Origin: Magallana gigas | Lineage: Eukaryota | NCBI RefSeq assembly: GCF_963853765.1 | Contig: NC_088855.1 | Coordinates: 9,300,001-9,364,000 of the forward strand | Reading direction: 5' to 3' | DNA: 64,000 nt | Shown here: positions 11,938 through 25,719 of the stretch, in pieces | Position numbering within the stretch: the stretch's first letter is position 1 | Layout of the letters: each line of letters starts with the position of its first letter | Program-made: the position numbers and the translations under genes | The notes under the pieces: generated by a model | What the model saw: the letters and a program-made list of their open reading frames with translations, nothing else | Database searches by the model: none | What the model was told of the DNA's origin: nothing

Positions 11938-14900
11938 CGCTTAAAGACAAAATGATACATTTACTTGATAAGCATGATTTTAAGTCGTCTATTCAAATGT
12001 ATTCATACAATTCGGAGGAGAACAGTACCAACAAACTCAAAGATGATATTTTTTAAATACTTTTTCAACTTTTTATTTTGTGATTAGTTTTTCAAGTTTG
12101 TTATAATAACAGACTTTGTAATTTTTTATAAATACAATGTAGAATTCTGTATGGATTGATTCCTTTCTGTGTTGCAGGTTCCGGAATCTTCATTTCTCCC
12201 AAAGGAGTCCTCCAAGAGACGGGATCTGTCGGCCTCAGCCTCGTAGTATGGGCCGCCGGGGGCATGCTATCGCTCATGGGTACGTTCGTCATTTTATTAA
12301 CTGGGTTTTACAATTGAAAAATCCGGTTATTAAAATGGTGAAAATGGCGGGTGGGCGGCTGCCAAAATACCCTCATTGTACGGATAACTCTTCCTACAGT
12401 TATCAAGATAGGAAGTTTTTTTGCAGATTAATTGCACATATATAAGAGATGAGCATATTGCTAGGATTTTGATTTCTGATAATTTATGAAAAAAGTACCA
12501 GCTTTTGAACTTTGTCTTTTTTTGCAAAAAATTGCATATAATTGTACGGATAACTCCTCCTATACTTTTCAGGATAGGAAGTTGTTCTTTTGCAGATCAA
12601 TTGTACATATATTAGAGATGTGCATATTGCTAGGCTTTTGATTTCTAATGATTTCTGGAAAAAAAACCAGCTTTTGAACTTGGTATTTTTTTGGCAAAAC
12701 ATTGCATATAGGATATTCCATTTCACTGGATACGGTAGGCAGTGTTTATCAATTCAGAGTTGAAATGGATTATGGATACAGTTCATATAAAAGAAAACCT
12801 GGTTTGATGTCTTATTGACAACTTTTCACTTGTATTACATGTTTGTGGCATTTCTCATAAAGCATAATTGTGCAAAGTTATGCAATAACACATATTTTAT
12901 TGATATACAAAGTTTCATTCCATTTGATGAAAAGGTATTTTTGTTATCCAATTTTAAAATTAACATGTTTTGTCACCACGGCGCTCGGTAACGTTGAAAA
13001 CCCGACGTCAAGATGACGCACGTACAGCTAATAGAAATCTTTATACCACCCTTAGTCTTTTGTGATTTTAACCATACAATATAAATCGGCACTATATTAC
13101 TTGACGTCAAATTTGTTTGACAATCATGTTTGTTCCTCGAAGTTTTCTTATTTTTACCGCATGTTTCTTCGTTTACAGTAAGAAAATCCCTAAATGTCAG
13201 ATGACGTTGTTTATTCTTTTGACACATAAGATATGTACAGATATGCGACCATCTTTCGTTCTGTTCGATGCCGTGACGTGCCGTTTTTAGTCAATTTTAA
13301 AGAGGACTATATGTCTTTAGTAACTGATATCTGTTCAACAAATCTATGTATCCCGTCTTTATTTGGTACATATAATATCATGACAATTCTTCATTTTAGG
13401 TTTCAATATCATTTGGTTTTAATCCCAATATATGGAGATATTACTTTCAACACAATATTGTTTATTGTTAACAGAGCAATGACGCCGTGCGCCGTTACCT
13501 CATTTTTGCAGGAATAGATTCTAAATAATTCTTAAAAATAAAAGAATATATGAACTTTTATATAAAATAGTTTGAAACAATTGCTAAATTATGTCTACAA
13601 AATTTAGTTATTATATGACGTTAAATAACATAGCTATGACAAAGGTATTTAATCGTAATTTTTGATTGACCCTCGTAGCACTTGCGTTATCTGAAAACAA
13701 GAGAAATATACGTAGTTTTTTTATTGTGCTATACAAATATACATGCATATGCGCATATTCTAAGTGTGAAGGTCCACATCTCTACATATTCTGGTGCACA
13801 TCGCTTATTTGACGTCGCATCTTTGCACTTTCGCCTTTAGGTCGTGAGAAAATACAGATACGAAGGCATCAAGATTGTTGCAACGACAAAGGATTTCGAT
13901 ATTAGTTTCGCATCTTTGCCTTTGCATCTTTACATGTCGCCGTCTTATCTTCGCACTTTTGCTCCGTCGTCTTCGCAATTACGCACTTTTCCCTTTACAA
14001 CTTCGTATTCTTGCATCTTTAATCTAGAGGAAAAAGTGCAAGTGGCCCTATCGGAACACCGTAATGTCTCGGTTCTTACACTGGATAAGACTCGTTTTAA
14101 AATACATAGTACGGCAAACATGATCTTATAGGTTCTAATGGCAAGTCAAGTCTAAATTCTAATACGGTAATTATCTAAATCGAAATCCGATTGTTTTAAT
14201 AACATACAGATAAATCAAGTTCTAGGTAGAGAAAAATTAAACAAATTGTATTTGCAGTATGATTTTCCTTCAAAAGCAAAAAGGCAAATAGGAACTGAAT
14301 GCCCACGGAACAGTGTGCTATTCCTGCACTTTACGCACATTTTTAGTGTTTATCATAAACAGGTGCCCTTTCCTATGCTGAACTGGGAACACTGATCAGC
14401 AAATCTGGCGCCGAGTACCACTACCTAATGGCAGCCTTGGGTCGAGTGGTGGCCTTCCTGTTCGCATGGACCAAGGTCATTATTCTCACTCCCTCCTCCC
14501 TGGCCATCATCTGTCTGACCTTCGCGGAGTATGTCATGTCCTTGATTGAGTTCTGTGGAGAGCCCCAGATACCCAAGAAAATGATTGCAGCCTTGGCAAT
14601 ACGTAAGAATCAAAGTACTGAAGTACCGTCGGGAGTTGATTTTATTGATTATTATCAATTTTAAAATCAACGATATGTTATGCAAATTTTTATAATATTA
14701 ATTCTCGACAAGAATTTCGAGAAAACCCCATATGAATCATGTTGTGTAATATTTCAAGATAGAATTAATTCCATCAAACTGTGCATCAGTTATCGAAATG
14801 TTTCTAAAAATTGTACACGTCTGGATCCAAGCAATATTGAACTCTAGTCTCGTTCAACCAGACGCTCGGCTGTCTCCGTTAATTTCCGACTACCAAGAGA

Positions 14901-17900
14901 GACTCTCTGCTTGTCGGAGATTTACGGAGACAGCCGAGCGTCTGGTTGAACGAGACTATATTGAACTCTAGCGTAGGAATACATGCAACTACAAAAAACA
15001 ATTAAATTGTTCGTACTATATAAAATCTTACTATTTTCAAGGTATTTAAAGATAGTTTTCTTTTGAAAAACAATGGTACAGCATACAGTACACCGAATTT
15101 ATCTGTTATTCTCAAGATCTACGTCTTGTCAGCGGTGATGATTTGTGCTTAGGTCCAAACACTATTTCACTTTCGGTTTGCCAGAGTAATCTTGTGCATA
15201 GGAGAGTTGATTAAAATCAACTCCAAAAATGAGAATTACGGCTGCATTTTTACAAAAACGTAGAAACAAAGTCGTAAATATTTCAGCCTCGTGAACAATG
15301 CATAAAACTATTTATTTTCAAATACAGTATCATGATATCTATATTATGTTTTTTATTAATTTGTCTGAAACAATCATTATTGTCTGATAATTAAAAATTC
15401 AACTCGGTCATGCTTAAGTCGTGAATTTCTCTTGTAAAAACCACCCCATATTAACTCAAACAATTCTTAGAACGAAAAGAAGCATATAATAGGTATAATG
15501 TAAAAACTTTTTTTGAATACATATTTGTTGATCTCGTACGCAGTAACGCTTGCAATTGTCAACTCTTTGGACACGACACTAGCTGCAAGCGTGCAGGTCT
15601 TCTTCACTGGGGCGAAACTCATCGCCCTCGTCATCATCGTCATCGGTGGCCTGATCTGGCTGGGCAAAGGTAACCCCTGCCTGACTTTCATGTTGCATAT
15701 CATCGCCATACTTTATATTTGATATATGTTGTCATAACTTGTAAATATCAATAATAACACAGGAGAAGTGGCGACACTCCAGAAAGGTTTCGAGGGTTCC
15801 ACTAGTTCCCCTTCAGGCATGGCCTTGGCTTTTTACGACGCAATGTGGGCTTACGACGGGTGGTGAGTATCGTTGAACTTTTTACTCCTAACATCCAATA
15901 CTAAAAAATGACGTCGTAATGGGAATTTCTTTCAAAACTTGTAATGAAATTACTTGTTATAGGCATAGTCTGAATTACATAACAGAAGAGCTGAAAACCC
16001 CATACGTGTGAGTAGGTTTGTTGCTTGTACATGCATTACAGTATATAGCTGATCGCCCTTTTCATCACTGACCCAATGAAATGACATTTATGTACTTCAG
16101 GTCGAATGTATGTATATAATAGAGTTTATGTCTCAGACATGATTCGGATATACTGTGATTTAAAATAAAACCAAACACATATCAAACTAGTTTCTATAAT
16201 TTAAAGTGAACAATGCAAAGCTAGCATCACTATTATTTGTAGCTTTTGTAGCATGTGAATGTACGTATAAAATAATATTGAAAAGCTCATCCGTTCTGAA
16301 AATATTGAAAAAAAAATATAATAAAATTAATCATTGATAATTAATGTTTTGTTTGTTAATCTTAACGTGATTTGTCTTACCAAAAGGTCCATTTTAACGT
16401 ACTCTGGATCTTTACTCAGAAACCTTCCCCGAGCCAACGTGCTAGGGGTCCTACTGGTGACCGGTATCTACGTGCTGACCAACATCTCCTACCTGGCCGT
16501 CCTCGGGACCGAGGGGCTCCTCAACTCTAGCGCCGTGGCTTTGGTAAGTTTTTAAAAAAAGTATTTACCCTATAACGTCTCATCTATAGCTAATAACAAA
16601 ACATGATACTTACTAGTGAAGAAGATTGACACCTTATATTATTTAAATACTAACAACATTTACTGTTACCATTATAATTCAAACGTTGATTTTATAATGA
16701 AAAAAAAAATAACAAAAAAGTGGTCCTCCAGAATGACATAATATGAAACGTACTTGTTTAGAAGACGAATGTTTTTCTAAGAATAATGACATTATACGTT
16801 GCTTTTCAAATGCAAAGTTAATGTATATTTTACATGTGTTAGAAGAGAAAAATCCTTGGTGTCTGTTTTTCTTTGTGTATCTTTTTGACGCCACGTTATA
16901 CATTTACTACAACTGTATTCCCCAAATGTTGGATTGTTGTTTTTTTTATATAGTTTTTAGACGCGAAAGAAAAAAACCAGGTATTATAGGATGAATATTT
17001 AATATATATGTACCATTTTCATTTGAAAATATGTAAATCTGGAGCATTTTTCAAAGTAACAAAAACATATCTGATATATTTAAAGTTGTTTGTTAATATT
17101 TTTTCTTTATAACTTCATGATAGGAATGGGGCGAGGTAGTGCTAGGAAAAAGAGTTGCTGTCATCATGCCGCTGTTTGTCATGTGTTCCACGATTGGTGC
17201 TGCTAATGGGACTATGTTTGCTGGAGGCAGGTAAAGTATTTTATCATCTCAAGTGTACATATAATTATACAACCACTTACATTTATAATACCATACGCGT
17301 GTGATATGCTATAGAGTAGTCTGATGTGAAGGGGTACAGAGTTTCTTTGTTTTTGCAGAACACCCCACAAAAAATTGTACGTGGAATTGTGTGATAAAAT
17401 TCGACAGAGGGTATAGAAAGTACTGTTTTCGTTGTAGAACACTGTACGTTGCTGCCCGAGAGAACCAGTTCCCCGAAGTACTGTCCTACGTCAACGTGCG
17501 TCGTGTGACACCAATTCCTTGTATCATATTTACAGTAAGTCTACAGTCAAAGCCGTGCCGAGAAATTAACCACAAGACTATAGAGAATCATTCTGTGGAT
17601 AGGTTCAAATCTATTTGCGAAGATATTTGGTTTTAAGAAAGGATTATGCAAATTCTGTTTTCGCATTGTAATTTGATGTACTAAGGGGTGTAGTCCAAAT
17701 ATTTTTGGCTATATCGTTCGTTTAACTAAGATATTTACTTTGAATTGCGATGTAATTGTTTGTACTAAAGGATCATATCTTTATTTTTACAATGATATTA
17801 TATATACTACTATATATCGTACTAAGGGATCTAGTCTGAACCTATATATTTGATCATATTGATGGTGTTCCGTTGGGACCACTCGCATCTTCTTACCTTT

Positions 17901-20856
17901 GATGCGAGAGTGTGAAAGTGCGAAGACGCAATGTCTTCAACGTTATCATCCGGGCTTCCTGCAATACAAAATCCCCGTAGACATCACATTTCTTAGCATT
18001 ATATTGAAACCTGATAAGCTAACAGGGGCGTTTCGTCTGAGAAATCTTGGAAATTTTTCATACTTTTGAATGAACACCGTTTGAACCCTGAGGTATTTAT
18101 AAATATCATACAATTAAGCAAAATGTAAATACAGGATATCTTGGGACAGAGTATAAATGATTGTATTGAATAAAGGTGCCTAGACTGGCATGTGATAGAA
18201 GTCTGAAGGTGCACAACATTATGGCGGGCATTTTTTTTTATGGAGTATATGCTAATTAAAGTTAGTCATCACTGGAAGAAAGATTTGTGAGAGAACCCAG
18301 TAAAATATGAATGAACTTTCGTAGTAATCACAATGTCTGGCGCATGCGGACCAATGACATCCGAGATCATTCAGCAAACCTCGAGCTAGTACAATACCTG
18401 CATCATATTATATGTCATCAACCAAGATAGAGAAAACAGGTGAGACAAAATTGCGAAAGTGCCTAGGCAAATGAGCAAAACTACTATCGTTCTTTCACAT
18501 TCGCAACTTTGCACTTCTGGCTTCACAACTGTGCACTCTCGCGATTTCACCCAAAAGGGTGAAGGTACCAGGAACCCCAACTGGACACCATACATATCTT
18601 ATTTTTGCATTGTGTGTTGATGTTCTAAAGGATCTAGTCTAAACCTTTCTGCGAAGTCTTTAGATGTATTTAATTTTTTTGTCCAAAGCATTTTGCGTAG
18701 TTATTGGTTCTACATAATGAATTGGTGTTCCCACTATTAACAGACTGTAGTTGCTCTACTGATGTTGATTCCTGGGGATATTGGGAGCCTCATCAATTTC
18801 GTCAGCTTTGCCTCCTGGATGTTCTACTCGTTGGCCATTGTGTCTCTGATCGTATTGAGATTCATCAGGAAAAACGAGCCCAGGCCCATTAAGGCAATGC
18901 CTATTCTCTAATAATTTTATATCTAAGACTATCTCTAATATAAGTTATAAGATTGTGAATTCATCAAGTTTCTTGTTTGCTCAAATTACAGACTTGCAGT
19001 TAAATTTCTCTCACTGATTCACAACTTTACTAATCGTAATACTAGTATGTTTTCATGAAACATAACTGTTAGTCTACCATGGCAATTACTTAGTAACTGC
19101 ATTTCACAGTATAATGCCGTTACTTTTATGTATGGAAATTTATTAGAGAAAAGGTAATTATATACTATATAATCTTTTATGATTCAGTATTTAAGAAAAA
19201 CGTGTACGTAGTGATTGCATTGTTGCTTCAACAAATGTCGCTGTCAGCTTTTTGTTTTTGTTTTTGTTTTTTTTTGCGTTAAATTATTAAATTGATTTCA
19301 AAGTAGTGGTTGATTTCTACCTGTCAGGTCCTTCTTTTATTGTATTGTTTGATTTCCTGAAGTCTTTTTCTTAATTTGTTACATGGTATCTACAGGTTTA
19401 TATTTTAAGGTTGTATGGTCGTATTGTGACGTTTGCCCGCTTGTAAAAATATAATAGAGTATAATTTTATCAATATTTTCTTTTCCGATATTGTTATCTA
19501 ACAGCGTAGCGCAAAAGGTTACAGTATTAACTACGAATCTACAATTAATCAGTTTGAATTTGCTCGAGCTTTCCTTTCAAAAAAAATTTAAAACATCATA
19601 ATGGTCAAATATTGTGAAATTTGAAAATTATAAAACGACGAGCGTATTTTTTATTATGATTATGCACTTTTATCCAAATTAATATCGACAGTTGTCCCAT
19701 GCCACCCCAATGTATTGCTTGATTTCTATATGTATTTAACTTTTATAATGCTTGATTTCTACAGGTGTTTATCCTGTTCCCAATCACCTTTCTGTGTTGC
19801 TCCCTTTACCTGGTCGTGGCCCCCATCATCCAGAACCCCAGACTAGAGTTCCTGTACGCCTTCCTCATCATTATAGGAGGGCTCGTGTTCTATGTCCCCT
19901 TCGTTCACTTCAGAATCCACAAGAGCTGCTTCAGTGAGTCGAATACCGTATCATGCAATACTTTCTATGTACATGTATGGCATAATTTTGTGTAAACATG
20001 TACTGTGCTGGATAATTATGTTAGTGCCAAATTGCGGCAGACGATATAGGTCATTCCCTTCGGGGACTGTAAATACTTTTATTTTAAGTATGTCTCACCC
20101 GGTATAGGTGAGATATTTACTTTTTTGTTTCGAAATTAATATCCCATTGGAAATTTAAATTTTTTATGGGAGAAAAAAGTTTCAAATAGGATGTTCAAAA
20201 AATCCTCTGTAATGAAAGTTGTTTTCTTCAGGAATTTGATAGAGATAAATAGAAGGCTTATGCTAAAGTTTTAGTTTTTCTATTTGTTTACAGTATCTTG
20301 TAGGATACTTTTCAAATTCTACCGAAATTTAATGTTTTTTATTGAATTGGTAGGAAAATAATACAGGTAGAAAAATTTGTCATATGCTAATGAAAAATCA
20401 TTTTTTTAATATAAGAATAACGATTAGTATTTTTCATTAAGAAATTTGATAGAGAGGATAAAAATAACCTGACATATGAGATACCCTGGAACGAAAATAG
20501 TAATGAACTAACCTTGTACTTATAAGTACGTTTAGTAAATCTGATCAAAAGGCTAAACATTAATTTACATGTCGGACACTTTAGCAACAAAGATGATTGT
20601 TTTTAATGAAATCATTATGCAATAGTTCATCTTATAGTATATTTCAGAATATTAGAAATTGCATCTTTGATTTGAGCACAAATGTGACCTTGGCATTGGC
20701 ATAACAATCCGGTAGAGTGTAGTTATCTATTTTGATCGGTATCATTAACATGTTTGATGTGTTTGTTTTTCTTTGTATCTATCAGATCCTGTCACGTTAT
20801 TTGTTCAACTGCTCATGGAGGTTGGACCAAGTTCGTATGTTCCGGACTCTGAATAA
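11755..20856 (+). CDS. SLC7A9: SLC7-family (LAT/HAT light chain) amino acid transporter, b(0,+)AT/SLC7A9-like; 12 coding exons, start-codon exon not fixed
   Basis: Exons 11755-11895, 12178-12279, 14363-14602, 15544-15669, 15763-15862, 15963-16007, 16420-16543, 17124-17230, 17438-17534, 18744-18893, 19765-19933, 20786-20856 (TAA). All phases are compatible; 1472 nt plus 1 upstream nt gives 490 aa. Motifs: [28 protein letters not shown] (position of the heavy-chain disulfide Cys), [20 protein letters not shown]-terminal VQLLMEVGP. In-frame TGA at 11745 means the ATG lies in an upstream exon with a phase-1 donor. Confidence 0.93.
11899..11934 (+). repeat. (AG)18 microsatellite directly after a splice donor
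   Basis: Direct reading; the donor GT is at 11896. Confidence 0.95.
12310..12710 (+). repeat. Two ~166-bp tandem units of a second satellite family (probable HINE remnant) in an SLC7 intron
   Basis: Units start TACGGATAACTC at 12379 and 12546 and are colinear. They are preceded by GGCGGGTGGGCGGC. Confidence 0.7.
14845..14958. mobile_element. 114-bp palindromic MITE with a 10-bp target-site duplication
   Basis: Arms TAGTCTCGTTCAACCAGACGCTCGGCTGTCTCCGT.. and ..ACGGAGACAGCCGAGCGTCTGGTTGAACGAGACTA, flanked by TATTGAACTC at 14835-14844 and 14959-14968. Confidence 0.85.
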
Positions 20857-21082
20857 TTCTCCGTGAACTCACCGTCTATTTTAAATTGGAAATCCATTTT
20901 ACATGATTCAAAACCATAAGATATGTAAAGTCTTACACAATCTGCATTTCTTATAGCTTCTGTATTGTTATTAATTTGTTATTGTTTTTTGTTTTGTTTT
21001 TTTGGGTGGAGTGTTATTTTTGTTTTTATTTTAATTCTATATTCTTGCGGTTTGATGCTAGCCGGTGAAAACGCGGAATTAA

Positions 21083-21591
21083 AGGGATTGGACACGATTT
21101 GTGATAAAAAAAATATTTTATTTTTTATGTATAATATGGTTTACTGGTGCATTTTAAATGATTGACAAAATATTGAATATTAATTTCAAGTTACAAGCGA
21201 GATACAGGGGTGAAAATTGATTGTTTTTTAAACAAAGCTCGAGTCTTACAGTTGTTTACAAAAATGTAATGTAAAGAATAACCATTCCTTAGACAAAATG
21301 ACACGTAACAAACAATTTAAAGTATTTCAGTATCTTCATAGATACTATTATCAACAAAAGAAAGATACATTTGATTGAAACGTACACCAATACTATACAT
21401 ATGTAAAAAGTGACAATTTTCGAGCTTTGTATACAAAATAAAGAAGTGTGAACTCTGTATCTTGCTTATAACTTGATATTTGACTTTCAAGTTTTGACAT
21501 AACATTATAAACTGCTATATTTATCATTATAAACATTAAAAATGGAAAAATAAAATTTGAAATTTTTTAAGACAAATCGTGTCTAAGTCCT
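21083..21591 (-). mobile_element. TTAA-type MITE (Kolobok-type), copy 2, inverted, just 3' of the SLC7 stop codon
   Basis: Same TIR family (AGGGATTGGACACGATTT...AAATCGTGTCTAAGTCC). The interior is the reverse complement of copy 1. Left TTAA at 21079-21082. Confidence 0.8.
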
Positions 21592-23293
21592 CGCGTAAAA
21601 TAAAGAGTCTAAAGTATTAAAGAAGAGATTTCACTTTTATCTTAGTGTGGTTAAGTTAATCGATATCGATATTTTTATCTTATTTTGTCGCAATTTCTTT
21701 ATGTCTGTAAGTGTAGTCATCCTTTATCATAATGTAAAATTCATATGGATACCGCATGAACCTCAGTTATTTGGTTCAAAATTTGGTCGTATAACTTTAA
21801 CATTACTATATTATTGATATATTATTGAGTCTTAGCTTTACAGCCAATAAAACTGTCCATTTTTGTAGACTATGTCTTACTGTATCAAAGACATACGCAG
21901 AGCTAATCAAATCTTGTGGATTTTTTTAAATTTTATACGTACATACACTTTCTCTGACCATGATTGAGATTTATTAATGCGTGCGTATGACATACATGTA
22001 CAGTATATTATGATTTAACTGTGATAACCTGGAGGTTAATTTGAAAGAAAACAAATTATGTGTATAAAACCAAATGAATATTTATATTTATCAAAAAAAT
22101 TATGAAAATACTATTTTTATACCTTTAATATTGGTAGCAAAAAGTAGGTATGATTTATTCAACGATGAACTAGCATTGATCAAAGCAGGAAAAATGTCAA
22201 CATTTAAAATTTTACATAAAGGTAACCTTGATGTTGATGTTGTTTATGATTTAAATTTCAGTCCAATAAATCATATCAACAATAGAGATATGTTGTTGTT
22301 GTTGTAAAACTATGCAGATACGTTTATAAACTGAGTTGTATATAGATAATAAATGTTATTAATAACAAACATGCACAATGCTGACAGTCAAAGACAAATC
22401 TGTTGTTTTTATATTCTATTTATTTATTTTTATATAAAGTAAATATTTAATATCGTATACTGGATCATGCATGCTGTATAATTTTTCATAAGATGATACG
22501 GGCACAAATTATGACATGTGAGTGTCGATAACTCCAACTTAAGGAGACAATGAATTTACTTCGAGAGATCTAGAGATCGAAAGTTGAAAAAAACCAATCT
22601 GGACTTCTTTGTTCTGGTTCCTTTGGTTCCAAAATTATATTAGCCGGAAGTTTATATTTATGACATGTCAGAACAGTCTAACATTTGTATTTTCTACTTG
22701 ATTACTTCAATTTCAACCATACAAAATTTAGTTTTTGATCGATAGATAGATTTTATAGTATTTTATGTTTACAAAAATCACAGAATGGGTCAAATAAAGA
22801 GAGATTTCATATACTGACAGTTTCACAAGGTTTTGAAATTGATCAATTACAAATTACCTATATACCCTTCGAGGGAATCAAAGGGGTAGCGTCAGTTATG
22901 TAATCAACCAAGTAACCCTACGCATTCACTACAGTCGTCAATATAAGGCTGACCATATTTTACGAGTGACCGGTGGCTTGTTGCACAGAGCTACATGTAC
23001 ATGTACCATTTCGAGTTATCATGAGTGAAAACAATGAATTATGTAAAACGGGACCTAGATTTTACTTTAAGAAATTGAAATCAAGAACTCCGAGAGAGTT
23101 ATAGAGAGAAAAAATACACGACAATCATGCCATGTTTTTCTAGCGTCTTATTTTAACATTCATTTCGCTTGCTTCTCTATGCATTGCAAAGTGATGCTTA
23201 TCTCGATAAGATGTACACAAGTATTTATGATCAACTCTTCTGCTTCAACAACTTAATTTTTTATATCCTACTTAAGAGTACAGTCAGAGTCAC

Positions 23294-25148
23294 TCATACA
23301 TAAAAGTTGTATTTCATGAAGTGTAACTGGTGTTCACAGAACTTCCATAGAGGATAACTTGTTTTGTTAAGTTCCTGTGCAGTCATAGGTTCTCCGTGAT
23401 GTGTAACAACTGCATCGATCATCATTATCTAATAAACACAAAAATACTTTTAATGTTAATGATTTTATACACTCCATCTAATAAGTAAAATATACTACAT
23501 GTATCAATAATACATATTTTGATATAAGTTGCAAGGTTTGTAGCTGACCTGATATAGCATTGGTTATAAGTGATCAGTAAATACCACATGCGACAGTGTC
23601 CCCTGTAAGATTCACAGACCATGGTGATGAAAGTTAACATATTAGGTCAACTACAAACCATATTCATCTGTTTATGTCATATAGAATTACAACTAAAACG
23701 TTTAAGAATTCTTCAAGGTCATAGTGCTCATAAGGAATTTACTCTTGTGCACTTAATGTGAAGCGAACGAATGTTTTCTTTTTAAGTGCCAGTGTTTAGG
23801 CAAGAGATTTTGTGTTTGTGTGTATATACAAGGGTCATTCTTATAGTAGTTACAATATTTACACAAAAACGATAATATATATAAACCTTCTACCTCTACT
23901 TTGAACTCCCCGGATGTACTGTGTATGTCGTGCCTCTGTCTGTCTGTCAGTTTGTAGACATGGCACGTATCGTTAGGGGAAACCTTGAAGCTACTTCTCA
24001 TAATAGCAACCCCCTACAAAGGAGTATGCCATCAGGTATTATCATACAGAGAATACTTAGCATGGTTTTTCCAACACATGCAATATACCTTAATTGTATT
24101 TATCACACCTTGCAGTTGTATCCCTCCGTGTATATCACGGTATATAAACAGCAAAACTCCCCATAAAAAATCTCAGCATCGGTATAAGAATATTTCCTTT
24201 GACTATATATAGTTTACTATAAAGGAAATATTTCTCCATGCATATTATAATTCACCTTCAAATTTTTTTACGATATTCTGTCTATTGATTGTTGATCCTT
24301 GTTGATGGAAACATATTTCGTACGTGACATTCTACACACAAGCAATTGAAATAAAACACACAAAATGCCAATTGAGATCACGAATTATTGTTTCCCAATT
24401 TAATTCTACAATAAGGTATAATTCCGTTTATTTCATTGATAGTTATTTTCTTTTGAAACATTATTGTATCATTTTTTCTCTAAAGTCGGCAGTTAATTCA
24501 TATTGATGCGTTTATACAAGTAATAAGAAACCAGTCTTTAAGTATCATAAGTTGATCAAATACCGTCGGGAGTGATCAAATATGAGCCTAATGATAGATT
24601 TGATCACGCCTGATCGTATTTGATCTCCCCCTAGTATTAGATATTTAAAGAATGATCCCTATTACTTATAACTATATAATTTTCAGTTATTGTATGATAT
24701 ATGAAATACTAATGGAAGAAATGTATTGGATTTAACATTACAAAATCCTGTGGAGTAGTGTTATCATTAGGACAATGGAAAATGAAAATATTTAGAGATA
24801 CAACCAACCAGGCTTTACAGATGGCATGGAATGAAAAGGGGCAGATAAATGGGAAAATTTCATGTAGAACGACATACCGGCGCAGGGTCGTACTTGAAAG
24901 TCCAGCCCAATGATAAAAATGGTTCCTGTGTGACATGGACAAAAGTGCAAGATATGACTGAAATTTATAAAATTTTCTCTTAGCAAAACGTCCAAAGTTT
25001 CTTTTTATTTTGTAAAACTGCAAGACTTAGTCTGCAACACTTGCTTGCTATACAATTATCATTATTTTTTTATATCAAGATACATCTTATACGGAAACTT
25101 ACCACTCGCTGAAAGCAATGCGAGAAGAAATGACGGTGTCAAGTACAT
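23294..25148 (-). CDS. Small secreted protein, paralog A (126 aa, 4 exons), BRICHOS-like by inference
   Basis: Exons 25148-25103 (46 nt, G|GTAAGT), 24957-24878 (80 nt, |GTATGT), 24013-23894 (120 nt), 23428-23294 (135 nt, TGA). Protein MYLTPSFLLALLSASVISC-TFVHVTQEPFLSLGWTFKYDPAPGVAIMRSSFKVSPNDTCHVYKLTDRQRHDIHSTSGEFKVEIMMIDAVVTHHGEPMTAQELNKTSYPLWKFCEHQLHFMKYNFYV. Intron phases and the sizes of exons 1, 3 and 4 match paralogs B and C. Confidence 0.85.
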
Positions 25149-25719
25149 AATTCTTCACCTGTTGCGGTTTACTTTATGCACCTGTAGTGACTTATAATTA
25201 CATAAGCAATAGATAACGTCTATGTACATTTCTAGAACAAATCGTGCTTCGACGGTACTATACTATAGACTTCATGTACTTCTTAACCAATCTGTGGGAA
25301 TCAAAACAAACAAACGTGGCCTACAAGATATTTCCATTTCCAAATTTTGTTATCAAATCCTACACTGAGCAAAAGGACATGTATATCCCAGTTTATTTAT
25401 TAAACATATAATTTGCTAAAATTTAATTGCCATTAGATATTACCACATAACATGTTTGATATATAACCATTAAACACCAAGGCTTTTTAGAAAAAAAAGT
25501 GTAAGATCGTTTTCAAAACAATTTAAATAAAGAATTTAACCAATATAGATGGTTTCAATATTTTGTTTCCTTCTTAAAAAGTCCTTTTAACCGTGTAAAT
25601 ATTTTGTCACCAAACGAAAAAAATACAAGTCGAAGCAAAATATTATAAAAGTAAAAATTGACAAAGAAAAAAAAGAATGACGTAACTCTTGTGGGGGAAA
25701 TTTTATTTACAGTTTACAG

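Noticed and set aside
11896-12056. RERERE extension of ORF 11766-12056
   Set aside because: Intronic (AG)n microsatellite after the donor at 11896.
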